A stretch of 64,000 nucleotides of DNA from Pseudomonadota bacterium (GCA_022564115.1 JADFMB010000001.1:2195-66194); one strand, 5' to 3'. Positions 45,498 to 55,215 are shown, numbered from the stretch's first letter. Notes: generated by a model not told the origin, from the sequence alone. Translations and numbers: made by a program.

Positions 45498-46394
45498 ATG
45501 AACCGAGAAGGAACGACCCTTTATCCGTGCGATCTCTGCGCCTCGGAAGATCTGGCCGAGGTGCCGTCGTCGAAGCATTACAGCGGCGGCTGGCCGCTGC
45601 ACGTGTGCCGGCAATGCGGCTTCGCCCAGGTGGCGCTCCGCCGCCCGCCGGAAGCGATCCAAAAGGATTGGGCCGACGAACTGTACCGGGCCGACGACGG
45701 CCAAAGGCTCTCCAACGCCACTTACACCGCCCGAATGCCCGCCGTCCACGCACGTCAGGTGTTCGCCGCCGATTTCCTCAACGAAGCCGTGGACCTCAAG
45801 GGCAAGAGCGTCGTCGACATCGGCGCCGGCGAGGGGCATTTCCTGGCCATGCTGCAAGGGCCGGAATTCGGCGCCGCCGGGTTCGCCATCGAGCCGTCGG
45901 CGGCCAATGGCGAACTCCTGAAAAACCTGGGGATCGAGGCCTTTCAGGGCACCATGGAGGATTACGCCGCGGCCCCTGAAGCCTCCGGGCGCCGCTTCGA
46001 CGTGGCGACCCTGATCTGGACCCTGGAAAACTGCCAATCGGCCCTGGGCGTGCTCAAGGCGGCGGCCGGAATCCTGAACGACGGCGGCCATATCCTGGTC
46101 GCCACCGGATCCCGTATCCTGGTGCCATTCAAGAAGCCGTTGCAGTACTATTTCGGCGACAACATGGACATCCATCCTTTCCATTTTTCGGCCAATTCCC
46201 TGAAGGGACTCCTGGCCGTCGCCGGTTTCGAAACCAGCCATGAAAACCGCCATATCGACAGCGACTATTTGGTGCTCGTCGGCCGCAAGGCGGCGGGAAC
46301 GGACGTCCCGTGGCAAGGCGACGAGGCCGAGAAGGTCCTCGATTTCTTCGAACGCTGGCACCAGGACACCCAGGCCAATTTCAAGGAAGCTTAA
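45498..46394 (+). CDS. Class I SAM-dependent methyltransferase with N-terminal Cys4 ribbon
   Basis: CDLC...CRQCGF, then the SAM motif VVDIGAGEGHF. Confidence 0.75.
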   Translation: MNREGTTLYPCDLCASEDLAEVPSSKHYSGGWPLHVCRQCGFAQVALRRPPEAIQKDWADELYRADDGQRLSNATYTARMPAVHARQVFAADFLNEAVDLKGKSVVDIGAGEGHFLAMLQGPEFGAAGFAIEPSAANGELLKNLGIEAFQGTMEDYAAAPEASGRRFDVATLIWTLENCQSALGVLKAAAGILNDGGHILVATGSRILVPFKKPLQYYFGDNMDIHPFHFSANSLKGLLAVAGFETSHENRHIDSDYLVLVGRKAAGTDVPWQGDEAEKVLDFFERWHQDTQANFKEA

Positions 46395-46397
46395 GCC

Positions 46398-47306
46398 GTG
46401 CAGGACATCGTGATCTATCTCAACGGCGAACGGGGCTTGGCGACGCTGGAACGCATCGTCGCCGAAGGCCATGCCTTCGCCCGCGCCATCGTGCCGGCGA
46501 ATCTGGAAGGATCGGACATCGCCGAACGGGCCGCGGCCGCGGGCGCGCCCGTCGAAGCCGTCGCCGACGTCAACGACCCCGAATTCGTTGGCGCCCTGAG
46601 CGCGCTTAAACCCCAATTGGGGCTGATCGCCGGCTATTCGACGATCTTCAAGGCGCCGCTGATCGAAACCCCGGCCAGGGGGACCATCAACCTGCACGCC
46701 GGGCGGCTGCCCCAATACCGGGGCGGATCGCCCTTGAACTGGCAGATCATCAACGGCGAAAAGACCGCCGGCATCAGCGTCACCCGCATCGACGAAGGCA
46801 TCGACACCGGCCCGGTGCTGGCCAGGGCCGAATTCCCCATCGAGGCCACGGACACCATCGCCGACCTGCACGGCAAGGCCAACCGACTGTTCCCCGAACT
46901 GGTGCTCGGCGTTCTTCGCTCCATGGACGGCGGCACCTTGACCGAAACCCCCCAGGACGAGGCCGAGGCCCATTATTGGCGCCAGCGCAAACCCGCCGAC
47001 GGGCGCATCGACTGGCGGCGGATGACGGCGCGCCAGGTGTATGACCTGGTGCGCGCCGTGACCCGCCCCTACCCCGGCGCCTTCACCGAATGGGACGGCA
47101 AGCAGGTGCGGGTATTCGGCACCGAGCTGACGGAAAACGGGTTTGCCGGTCAACCGGGCCGCGTTTCCCGGTCGGACGGCGGGCCCGCCGTCGCGTGTAG
47201 CGAAGGCGCGGTGTTGTTCACCGATTTCGACATCGACGGCGACGCCGGGGCGGAGCTTCCCCCCGGAGTCCAATTGGACGCCCGATTGGGCGAGGATGGA
47301 CCATGA
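46398..47306 (+). CDS. Formyltransferase (Fmt/ArnA N-domain-like; probable sugar N-formyltransferase)
   Basis: INLHAGRLPQYRGGSPLNWQIINGE...GISVTRIDEGIDTG contains the formyl-transferase HxSLLPxxRG-like motif, with an Fmt-like C-terminal domain. Confidence 0.8.
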   Translation: MQDIVIYLNGERGLATLERIVAEGHAFARAIVPANLEGSDIAERAAAAGAPVEAVADVNDPEFVGALSALKPQLGLIAGYSTIFKAPLIETPARGTINLHAGRLPQYRGGSPLNWQIINGEKTAGISVTRIDEGIDTGPVLARAEFPIEATDTIADLHGKANRLFPELVLGVLRSMDGGTLTETPQDEAEAHYWRQRKPADGRIDWRRMTARQVYDLVRAVTRPYPGAFTEWDGKQVRVFGTELTENGFAGQPGRVSRSDGGPAVACSEGAVLFTDFDIDGDAGAELPPGVQLDARLGEDGP

Positions 47307-48025
47307 CCGTCGGGCTGGTGATATTTTCCAGGATGGATTCCCAAAGGCTGCCGGGCAAGGCATTGAAAACCTTTGCCGGCCGGGCCATGCTTGGCCATGT
47401 CATCGACCGCGCGGTTGCCACCCTCAACGCCGACACGGTCATCGTCGCCACCTCCGATCGCGACACCGATGACGATATCGCCGCCTTTGCCGAAACCCAG
47501 GGAGCCAAGGTTTTCCGTGGTTCCGCCGATGACGTTCTCGGCCGGGCGGTCGCCTGCGCCGAAACCTTTGGTTTGACCGTGTTGGGCCGCATCTGCGGCG
47601 ACAGCCCCTTCATCAGCCCGCAAATGCTGGGCCGGTTGCTGCTTGTGCATAGAACCGAAGGCCCCGAGGTGACGACCAACCTTTTCCCCCGCAGCTATCC
47701 GGCCGGGATGAGTTTCGAGGTCATGACCATCGACGCCCTGAGGCGCCTCGATGGTTTGGTGGACGATGCCGATCGCCGCGAGCACATGACCCGCTTTATT
47801 TACGAGAACCCCGATCAATTCCGTATCCATAACGTCGCCTCGGGGTTTGACGGCTGGGACGGCATCCCGCTGACGGTGGACAGCGCCGATGACTTGGTGC
47901 AAGCCAATTGGCTGTTCGGCAGATTAAAGGAAACGGGCGAGGAAATGACCATTGCCTCTGTCCTGACCCTGGCCAGGGAATGGCGGCGAACGAACCCGGT
48001 CGAACAAAGGGACAAGGTCTTATGA
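47303..48025 (+). CDS. SpsF-like cytidylyltransferase family protein (copy 2 of 3)
   Basis: VIFSRMDSQRLPGKALKTFAGRAML. Paralogous to 38576 and 49307. Confidence 0.7.
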   Translation: MTVGLVIFSRMDSQRLPGKALKTFAGRAMLGHVIDRAVATLNADTVIVATSDRDTDDDIAAFAETQGAKVFRGSADDVLGRAVACAETFGLTVLGRICGDSPFISPQMLGRLLLVHRTEGPEVTTNLFPRSYPAGMSFEVMTIDALRRLDGLVDDADRREHMTRFIYENPDQFRIHNVASGFDGWDGIPLTVDSADDLVQANWLFGRLKETGEEMTIASVLTLAREWRRTNPVEQRDKVL

Positions 48026-49302
48026 GCGAACTGGCGCTGCTCGGCGGCCAACCGGTGATATCCGGTCCGCTGCCGCCCTACCGGTCCCTGGGCGAGGCCG
48101 AGGAGGAAGCGGTCCGCGACGTGGTGCGGTCGGGCTGCCTGTCGGGTTTCTTCGGCAGCCCGGGGCCGGAGTTCCTGGGCGGGCCGAAAGTCCAGGAATT
48201 CGAGGCCGCGTGGGCCAAGCGTTACGGCGTCAAACACGCCGTCAGCGTCAATTCCGCCACCTCGGGCCTGATCGCCGCCATGGGCGCCATCGGCCTCGGC
48301 CCCGGGGACGAGGTCATCCTGCCGCCGTGGACGATGTCGGCGACGGCCATGGCGCCCCTGATCTATGGCGGCATTCCGGTGTTCGCCGACATCGAGGACG
48401 AAACCTTCTGCATCGACCCCGGCGCCGTCGCCGCCGCCATCGGCCCCAAGACCAAAGCCATTCTGGCGGTCAACCTGTTCGGGCATCCGGCGCCGCTGGC
48501 CAAACTGCGGGCGATCGCCGACGACAAGGGACTGGCCCTGGTCGAAGACAGCGCCCAGGCGCCGCTGGCCAACGAGGACGGACGCCTGGCCGGCACCGTC
48601 GGCGACATCGGCGTCTACAGCCTCAATTTCCACAAGCACATCCACGCCGGCGAGGGCGGCGTCTGCGTCACCGACGACGACGGCCTGGCGACACGCCTGC
48701 GGATGATTCGCAACCACGGCGAAAACGTCACCGAAGAGTTGGCCGGCGGCGACATCGCCAACATGGTCGGATTCAACTTCCGGATGACCGAATTGAGCGC
48801 CGCCATCGCCCTGGTCCAGCTTGCCGATATCGAAAACCACGTCGGTCGCCGCGAAGCCGTGGCCCGGGCCCTGAGCGACGGCACCCGGGATCTGGAGGGA
48901 TGGACCGCGCCAACTGAGCGCGACGGCTGCCGCCATAACTATTACGAATGGGTGGCGCGCTTCGACGCCCAGGCCGTGGGCGTCAGCCGCGAGCTTTTCT
49001 CGAAGGCGCTGACGGCCGAGGGCTTCCCCCATTTTACCGGCTACGTGGCGCCGCTGTATCAACTGCCCCTTTTCCGGCAACGAAAAGCCATCGGCAAGGA
49101 CGGCTATCCGTTTACCCTCACCGAGCGCCAATACGAGCCCGGAATGTGCCCGGTGACCGAGCGGCTGCACGAAAACGAAGCGGTCCTGTTCGAGCCCTGC
49201 GCCTTCGCCGTCGACGACGCCCTGGCCCAAAAATTGGTCGAAGCCGTGCGCAAGGTCCATGACAACCGGGACCTTTTGAACGCCGCCGGCGGAAAGGATT
49301 AA
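48022..49302 (+). CDS. DegT/DnrJ/EryC1/StrS family PLP-dependent sugar aminotransferase (copy 2)
   Basis: EFEAAWAKRYGVKHAVSVNSATSGL ... SLNFHKHIHAGEGG. The start ATG 48022 overlaps the previous stop. Confidence 0.85.
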   Translation: MSELALLGGQPVISGPLPPYRSLGEAEEEAVRDVVRSGCLSGFFGSPGPEFLGGPKVQEFEAAWAKRYGVKHAVSVNSATSGLIAAMGAIGLGPGDEVILPPWTMSATAMAPLIYGGIPVFADIEDETFCIDPGAVAAAIGPKTKAILAVNLFGHPAPLAKLRAIADDKGLALVEDSAQAPLANEDGRLAGTVGDIGVYSLNFHKHIHAGEGGVCVTDDDGLATRLRMIRNHGENVTEELAGGDIANMVGFNFRMTELSAAIALVQLADIENHVGRREAVARALSDGTRDLEGWTAPTERDGCRHNYYEWVARFDAQAVGVSRELFSKALTAEGFPHFTGYVAPLYQLPLFRQRKAIGKDGYPFTLTERQYEPGMCPVTERLHENEAVLFEPCAFAVDDALAQKLVEAVRKVHDNRDLLNAAGGKD

Positions 49303-49306
49303 GCCG

Positions 49307-50047
49307 GTGCCGAAATTCATCGCCAGCATCGAGGCCCGGATGGGATCGACCCGCCTGCCGGGCAAGATCCTGGAAGACGTCGGCGGGGTGCCAGTGTTGA
49401 CGCGGCTGTTGCGCCGCCTGCGGCGGGCCAAGCGGCTTGACGGCATCGTGTTGGCCACCACCGTCAATCCGGCCGACGACGCCATCGAGGAATGGGCCGA
49501 GGGCGAGGGCCTGGACTGGTTCCGCGGCAGCGAGGACGACGTGCTGGCCCGGGTCGTCGATGCCCAGCAAATGATGCGTTCGGACATCGTCGTCGAGGTT
49601 TGCGGCGATACGCCGCTGCTCGACCCGGAGGTCATCGACATGGCCATCGAGGCCTTCGCCGCCAACACCTGCCACGTGGTCACGACGACGCGCAAGAAGT
49701 CGTTCCCCGACGGCATCGACGCCGAGGTGTTCCGGCTTTCCGATCTCGAACGCGTCGCCGCCACCGTCACCGACCGGGCGGTGCGCGAACACGTGTCGCT
49801 GTATTTCTACCAACACCCGGAACGCTACCGCATCCATCATCTGCCGGCGCCCCCCGCATGGCGCCGCCCCGACCTGCGGCTGGTCCTCGACGAAGCCGAT
49901 GATCTGGCGCTTATCCGCGAAATCTACACCCGGCTGGAGCCCGAACACGGGGACGAATTCGGCACGGTCGAGATCATCCGGCTCTTCGACAGCGAGCCGG
50001 AACTGATGAACATCAACCGGCCGGCAAGCGAAAAGGTGGCGCCATGA
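49307..50047 (+). CDS. SpsF-like cytidylyltransferase family protein (copy 3 of 3)
   Basis: ASIEARMGSTRLPGKILEDVGGVPVL, with a GTG start. Confidence 0.7.
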   Translation: MPKFIASIEARMGSTRLPGKILEDVGGVPVLTRLLRRLRRAKRLDGIVLATTVNPADDAIEEWAEGEGLDWFRGSEDDVLARVVDAQQMMRSDIVVEVCGDTPLLDPEVIDMAIEAFAANTCHVVTTTRKKSFPDGIDAEVFRLSDLERVAATVTDRAVREHVSLYFYQHPERYRIHHLPAPPAWRRPDLRLVLDEADDLALIREIYTRLEPEHGDEFGTVEIIRLFDSEPELMNINRPASEKVAP

Positions 50048-51066
50048 CCGGCAACGGCCTGCGCACCATCGTCATCGGCTTCGGCCAGATCGCCCAGGGT
50101 TTGGGCGAGGACGGCCGGATGGCGAAATTTTTCACCTACGCCACCCATGCCCAGGTGTTGAGGGATCATCCGGGGTTTCAATGGCTGGGCGTCGTCGACC
50201 CTTCGAAGGAAGCGCAAAAGGCGGCCCGGGACGTTTGGAACGTCGCCCACGTTTCGGAGGACCTTTCGAAGGTCGCCCGCGAGGTCGAACCGGAAGTGGC
50301 CATTATCGCCGCGCCCCCCGGCGCCCGGGCCGAGATCGTGCAGCAACTCCCCAGCCTCAAGGCGGTGCTGGTGGAAAAGCCGCTGGGCTACGGCGGCGAG
50401 GAAGGCCGGGCGTTCGTCGATTTCTGCCGGCAAAAGAACGTCCATGTGCAGGTGAATTACTGGCGCCGCGGCGACGAGCTCTACCAACAGCTTGCCCAGG
50501 GTGGCCTCGCCGAGCGGATCGGCCGCCCGCAGGCGGTGTTCGCCACCTACGGCAACGGGCTGTTCAACAACGGTGGTCATCTGGTGGATTTCATCCGCAT
50601 GCTTTTGGGCGAGGTCGACACGGTGCAGGCCCTGGACCATCCCCGCCCGGCTGAGGACGCGCCGCTGGAAGGCGATGTCCAGGCGGCCTTTGCCCTGACC
50701 CTTGCCGGCGGCGCCATCGTCACCGTGCTGCCGCTGGACTTCGGCCACTACCGCGAGGTCGGCCTCGACATCTGGGGCGAGGAAGGACGGTTGGCGCTCT
50801 ATCAGGAAAGCCTCGGCGTCTTCCACTATCCCCTCGCCGGCAACCGGGGCCTGGTAAACGAAATGGAGATCAGCTCCGACAAGCCCCAGGTCCTGGAACC
50901 GACGGTGGGAGGCGCGCTCTATCGGCTTTACGACAACCTGGCCGAAACCGTTGACGGCACCGCCGAGCCCTGGAGCCCCGGCGATCAAGCCGTGCATACG
51001 GAGTTGATTTTGGAATCGGTGCTGAATTCGGCGGAGAGCGGGTGCGAACGGCTGCATTTCCAATGA
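50044..51066 (+). CDS. Gfo/Idh/MocA family oxidoreductase (copy 2)
   Basis: Rossmann-like N-terminus (RTIVIGFGQIAQG) and VLVEKPLG motif. Confidence 0.7.
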   Translation: MTGNGLRTIVIGFGQIAQGLGEDGRMAKFFTYATHAQVLRDHPGFQWLGVVDPSKEAQKAARDVWNVAHVSEDLSKVAREVEPEVAIIAAPPGARAEIVQQLPSLKAVLVEKPLGYGGEEGRAFVDFCRQKNVHVQVNYWRRGDELYQQLAQGGLAERIGRPQAVFATYGNGLFNNGGHLVDFIRMLLGEVDTVQALDHPRPAEDAPLEGDVQAAFALTLAGGAIVTVLPLDFGHYREVGLDIWGEEGRLALYQESLGVFHYPLAGNRGLVNEMEISSDKPQVLEPTVGGALYRLYDNLAETVDGTAEPWSPGDQAVHTELILESVLNSAESGCERLHFQ

Positions 51067-51070
51067 TGGG

Positions 51071-52234
51071 ATGGGCGCCATGAGCGGCGGCGGAAAGGAC
51101 CGGGCGGACGTGTTGATCTTCGTCGAGGATCCGGGTGCCGTGAACGCCGTCGTCGACCTGCCGCAAGCCCTGGCCGCCACGGGACTGAAGACCCGGACGT
51201 TGGCCACCGGGCACGCGGTGGAATACCTGGCCTCGTTCGGCGCCGATTTCACCGAACCTGACGCGGCCGCCGACGCCGCCGCTCTGATCGACGCCCTCAA
51301 CCCGCGAATGGTCGTCTCCGGCACTTCTGAAAACCCGGATACGCTCGGCCTCAAGTTGATCGCCGAAGCCCGGAAACGGGGGCTTGCCAATGTCGGCTTC
51401 CTGGACGGCCCGGCGAGCGCCGACCACCGGTTCCGGGGCTCCGGCGACGTCCCTCTGGCCTTCGCCCCGGAATGGATCCTGGTCCCCGACGCCATGACCC
51501 GAAAGCGTTACCAGGCCCTGGGGCATCCGGTTGAACGCATCGTCGATTGCGGGCATCCCTATTTCGACCGGGTGCGGGTGACCGCCGCCGAACTGGCGAA
51601 ACGGGGCAAGGCGGCGGTCCTGGCCGAGGTTTTGCCCGACGCGCCGCCGGACCGGCCGGTGGTCGTGTTCCTGGCCGAGATTTCGACCAGCCTGGCCCCG
51701 GAAAAGCTTCGCCGGAGCCCCGAATACACCCTCCACGGGCGCGGCGGCAGCGACCTGCGCACCCAAATCGTGCTTGAGGAGGTTCTGGACGCGGTGACGC
51801 TGATCGAGCCCCGGCCTTATTTCGTGCTGCGGCTGCATCCTAAGAATTCGGCCGATGAATTCGACGCCTACGGCCCCGAAATCGACTCCCTCAGCCAATC
51901 CGGGCTGGCCGCCGATCTTGTTTACGCCGCCGACCTGGTGATCGGGATGACGACCATCCTGCTGTTCGAGGCCGCCCTGATGGACTGCCCGACCCTCAGC
52001 GTCACCCCCAAGCCGTCTGAAACCGAGTGGCTGACCAGCATCGGCCTCGGCATCACCCCTTCGGTGCACACGCGGGAAGATCTCAGGGAAATCCTGCCCG
52101 CGGCGCTCGCCGATCCGGGCCGGGTGATGGGCACGCCGCCGGGGGAGGTTTTAAACTTCGGCGCCCTGGAACGGATGGCGGATTTTATTTCCGGTCTGCT
52201 GGCGGATGACACAAGCGCCCGGGAAACGAACTGA
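51071..52234 (+). CDS. Hypothetical protein, possibly two-Rossmann (GT-B-like) fold; candidate for the missing hydrolase/epimerase or transferase step
   Basis: This is a clean 387-aa ORF in the operon with alternating beta-alpha-like segments (VLIFVEDPG..., VVVFLAEIS..., LVIGMTTILLFEAALMDCPTL). No diagnostic motif recognised. Confidence 0.5.
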   Translation: MGAMSGGGKDRADVLIFVEDPGAVNAVVDLPQALAATGLKTRTLATGHAVEYLASFGADFTEPDAAADAAALIDALNPRMVVSGTSENPDTLGLKLIAEARKRGLANVGFLDGPASADHRFRGSGDVPLAFAPEWILVPDAMTRKRYQALGHPVERIVDCGHPYFDRVRVTAAELAKRGKAAVLAEVLPDAPPDRPVVVFLAEISTSLAPEKLRRSPEYTLHGRGGSDLRTQIVLEEVLDAVTLIEPRPYFVLRLHPKNSADEFDAYGPEIDSLSQSGLAADLVYAADLVIGMTTILLFEAALMDCPTLSVTPKPSETEWLTSIGLGITPSVHTREDLREILPAALADPGRVMGTPPGEVLNFGALERMADFISGLLADDTSARETN

Positions 52235-52250
52235 TCGAGGGAACCCGACG

Positions 52251-52784
52251 ATGGCCGAAGCCCCGACATTGGAAACCCCGCGCCTGACGCTGGCGCCGTT
52301 TTCGGACGAACACCTGACGGAGCGCTACGTCGGCTGGCTCCAGGACCCGGACGTGGTCCGTTATTCCGAACAGCGCCACCGCACGCATACCCTGGAGAGT
52401 TGCCGCCAATTCGCCGCCTCGTTCGCCGACGGGCCCAGCCACCTGTGGGCGATCATCGAGAATAAACAAGGCCTCGGCCATATCGGCAACATCAACTCCG
52501 ACGTCGACGCCGCCAACCGGACCGCCGACGTCGCCGTCATGATCGGCGAGAAACAGGCCTGGGGACAGGGATTGGGCTTTGAGGCCTGGAACGCCGTTCT
52601 CGATTATCTTCTCGGCCCCGGCGCCATGCGCAAGGTGACCGCCGGCACCATGGCCGAAAACAAGGGCATGCTGGCGATTTTCGAGAAATCCGGGATGACC
52701 GAGGAAGGGCGCAGGAAAAAGCAGTTCCAGTTGCTGGACCGCGAAGTGGACGCCATCCTGGTCGCCCGTTTCGCCGAAACCTAG
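52251..52784 (+). CDS. GNAT family N-acetyltransferase (RimJ/RimL-like)
   Basis: RLTLAPFSDEHLTERYVGWLQDPDV ... WGQGLGFEA. The start is placed at ATG 52251. Confidence 0.8.
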   Translation: MAEAPTLETPRLTLAPFSDEHLTERYVGWLQDPDVVRYSEQRHRTHTLESCRQFAASFADGPSHLWAIIENKQGLGHIGNINSDVDAANRTADVAVMIGEKQAWGQGLGFEAWNAVLDYLLGPGAMRKVTAGTMAENKGMLAIFEKSGMTEEGRRKKQFQLLDREVDAILVARFAET

Positions 52785-52808
52785 AGCTTTTCAGGCGCCA
52801 CTTGGGCT

Positions 52809-54722
52809 CTAAGTCTTTGGTATAAGCCCCCCGAGGTCGTTTTCGCACTTCCGGTTTAGGCGTTCCATGGCCTCGGCGAAGGTTTCCCGGACCGCATCCC
52901 GGTAAAGGGTTGCCTGGCCGCGGTCGGCCAGGCGGTTGGAAAAATACCGGATGGCGATCAGCATATTGAAGATCGTTCCCCGGATGACCATCCGCGCCGG
53001 GGCGCGCTTGGGGTCTTCCTCGTTGGCGTACAGGCCATAGAGGCGCTTCAGGTAGCCGTTGCCGGCAAAATCCGTGGTTTCGGCGATGAGGTTGGCGGTT
53101 TGGCCGGTCAATTTCCCGATTTGGGAGACGAGGTCGCTTTCGGCCAGCCTTTCCTCGAACCGGCGGCGGTCGTAGGGTTCGGCGTCGGCGATCAGTTGCC
53201 GGACGACTTCGGATTTATCCGCCGCCGGGGGATCGAGGGTCAATTCCCCCGGCCGCACGGGCTCGACGCCCTCGATCAGGCAGCCGTCGGAACAATTGAA
53301 AAACCGCCGCCCCTGGGCGAATGCCTGGACCGCTTCGCGGACCGCCACCAGGGTCTTGAAGAAGATCGTCGTCGTATAGGCGACGCCGCCGAAATTGGCC
53401 GGCATCTCGATATCGAATTCCTCGTAGACGATCCCATAGGAACCGTCCGCGTGGTGACGTTCGGGATTGCGGGCGCCCAGGTCCATCCCGAAAAGATAGA
53501 AAGCGCGGAACCCGGACCACAGCGCGAAGCTCATGCCGGCGTTGCCCACCGAAGGCGAGCCGCCGACCAGGATCGCGCTTTCAGGCGGCCGGAACAGGTG
53601 GTTGGGCGTCTGTCCGGCGCGGAAATAAAGCGTCGATGACCCGTAGCTGTTGACGAATTCCCCGGGGCAGGTGACGGCGGCGATCAGGTGGATGTCATCG
53701 GTTTCCGGCCTCGATTTCAGGAAATCCCGAATGGCGTTGAAATCGGGGTAGTAATTCTCGCTTTCGACCTGGAAATCGGGGGTGATTCCGTTGTTCAACA
53801 GCGGCTGCAGGGCGGTGCCGACGGAAACGATGACGGCGTTGTCTTGGTTTTCCTTGATCACCTCGATGGCGTCGTCCAGGGACGGGCCGCTGCCGACCAG
53901 AAACACCGGAAGCGGCAGTTCACGCTCCCCCGGCGTCTTGTAAATGCGGGCCTCGGCCGAGCCCAAATTGGCGTGGGAATTCAGGACCATCAGCCGTTCA
54001 TCGACATAACAGCCCAGGTCGTCGGAAACCCCCATCAACTCGTTGCCCATGCGCGAAAGGATTTCGTTGATCGCCGGCATGTCGCCGAACTTGAAGTAAT
54101 AGGCGCCGTCGAGCGCGCACACGTTGGATTCCCGAAGCGACCACTTGATGCCCATGCAGGCCTTGGTGACGTCGGAATCGAAGACCATCTGGAGTGTGCG
54201 GCTATTGGCGTCGAAGGAGCGGAACAGGGCGTCCCATTCGTAGGTGGACATCGAATGGTAGACGTATTCAAACGAAGGCTCGACCAGCACCAGGGTCTGG
54301 CAGCCGCTCCGTTCGACCAGGGGGTCGATGTGGGCCCCCAGGCCGACGCCGAAAATCAACAGGAAATAGCCGCCGGCCGGGGTCAGGCTGTCGCCGAGGG
54401 CGATGTTCCCCTGTTCGCAGCGCCGGAGCAGATCGCCGACGAATTGGCCGGCGTCCCCGTCTCCCTGCTCGGGGTTGGGCGGGGTCAGGGCGATGCGCGA
54501 GGGTTGGCGCCAGTAATTTTCCAGCATTTCGCCGACAAGGGCGTCATAACGGCCACCGAAAACCAGGCTTTCGCCCACCGACAGGTCGACACAGCCCTCC
54601 TCCGTGGTGATGAGGGCGGCTTCGGGTTGGTAGGATTTCGCCAGATCGTAGAGGGTCGGCGCCCGTTGGCGGAACAGCTCCAGGTTCTGCTCGAACAATT
54701 CCTTCGACTGTTGCGTTGCCAT
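52809..54722 (-). CDS. Motility accessory factor (Maf, DUF115) family protein 2
   Basis: PVFLVGSGPSLDDAIEVIKENQDNAVIVSVGTALQPLLNNGITPDFQVESEN. Collinear with Maf 1 and Maf 3. Confidence 0.75.
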   Translation of the reverse strand: MATQQSKELFEQNLELFRQRAPTLYDLAKSYQPEAALITTEEGCVDLSVGESLVFGGRYDALVGEMLENYWRQPSRIALTPPNPEQGDGDAGQFVGDLLRRCEQGNIALGDSLTPAGGYFLLIFGVGLGAHIDPLVERSGCQTLVLVEPSFEYVYHSMSTYEWDALFRSFDANSRTLQMVFDSDVTKACMGIKWSLRESNVCALDGAYYFKFGDMPAINEILSRMGNELMGVSDDLGCYVDERLMVLNSHANLGSAEARIYKTPGERELPLPVFLVGSGPSLDDAIEVIKENQDNAVIVSVGTALQPLLNNGITPDFQVESENYYPDFNAIRDFLKSRPETDDIHLIAAVTCPGEFVNSYGSSTLYFRAGQTPNHLFRPPESAILVGGSPSVGNAGMSFALWSGFRAFYLFGMDLGARNPERHHADGSYGIVYEEFDIEMPANFGGVAYTTTIFFKTLVAVREAVQAFAQGRRFFNCSDGCLIEGVEPVRPGELTLDPPAADKSEVVRQLIADAEPYDRRRFEERLAESDLVSQIGKLTGQTANLIAETTDFAGNGYLKRLYGLYANEEDPKRAPARMVIRGTIFNMLIAIRYFSNRLADRGQATLYRDAVRETFAEAMERLNRKCENDLGGLIPKT

Positions 54723-55017
54723 CCTTGGGCGTTTCCCGCGTTCCGGTCTTGCCGCCCTTCCCTTGTACGTCCGAAGTCTCGGGTCTTACAACGGCTTTTC
54801 ACCGCCACTGCCGGGGGGGCGCAACCGGAAAGGACACCGTGGCCCCCCTGGGAGGGTGGGGGGGCGCGGCGGGGGGGCGCGGCGGGGGGCCCCATCGGTC
54901 GATCTGGTTCCATACCATCCAACCTCTCCCGACGACCTTTAACCGGACTCAAAAAAAATTTGAAATTTTAAAGGACCGCTCTCATTCCATTACCGGACAT
55001 CAAAGGTGCTGAGACGA

Positions 55018-55197
55018 ATGTCTGCTTTCAGGGGGATTCTGTTGCAAAACTATTTAGCGGGCGTCGAAACGTAATTATCGAATCGAAATCACGGAGGAAA
55101 CGACTCATTCTTACCGAGAAGGGTGCGGCGACGAATCAATATTGCGTCGTTTTTCCGTAAACAGAGTTTTGCAACAGAATAAGGGGTAAAGCAGACG
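55018..55197. mobile_element. MITE-like element copy 1 (~180 bp, long terminal inverted repeats)
   Basis: Left end AATGTCTGCTTTCAGGGGGATTCTGTTGCAAAACTATTT; right end GTTTTGCAACAGAATAAGGGGTAAAGCAGACGT, its reverse complement. No ORF inside. Confidence 0.7.
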
Positions 55198-55215
55198 TAA
55201 TTCAGGGTGTGGCTG

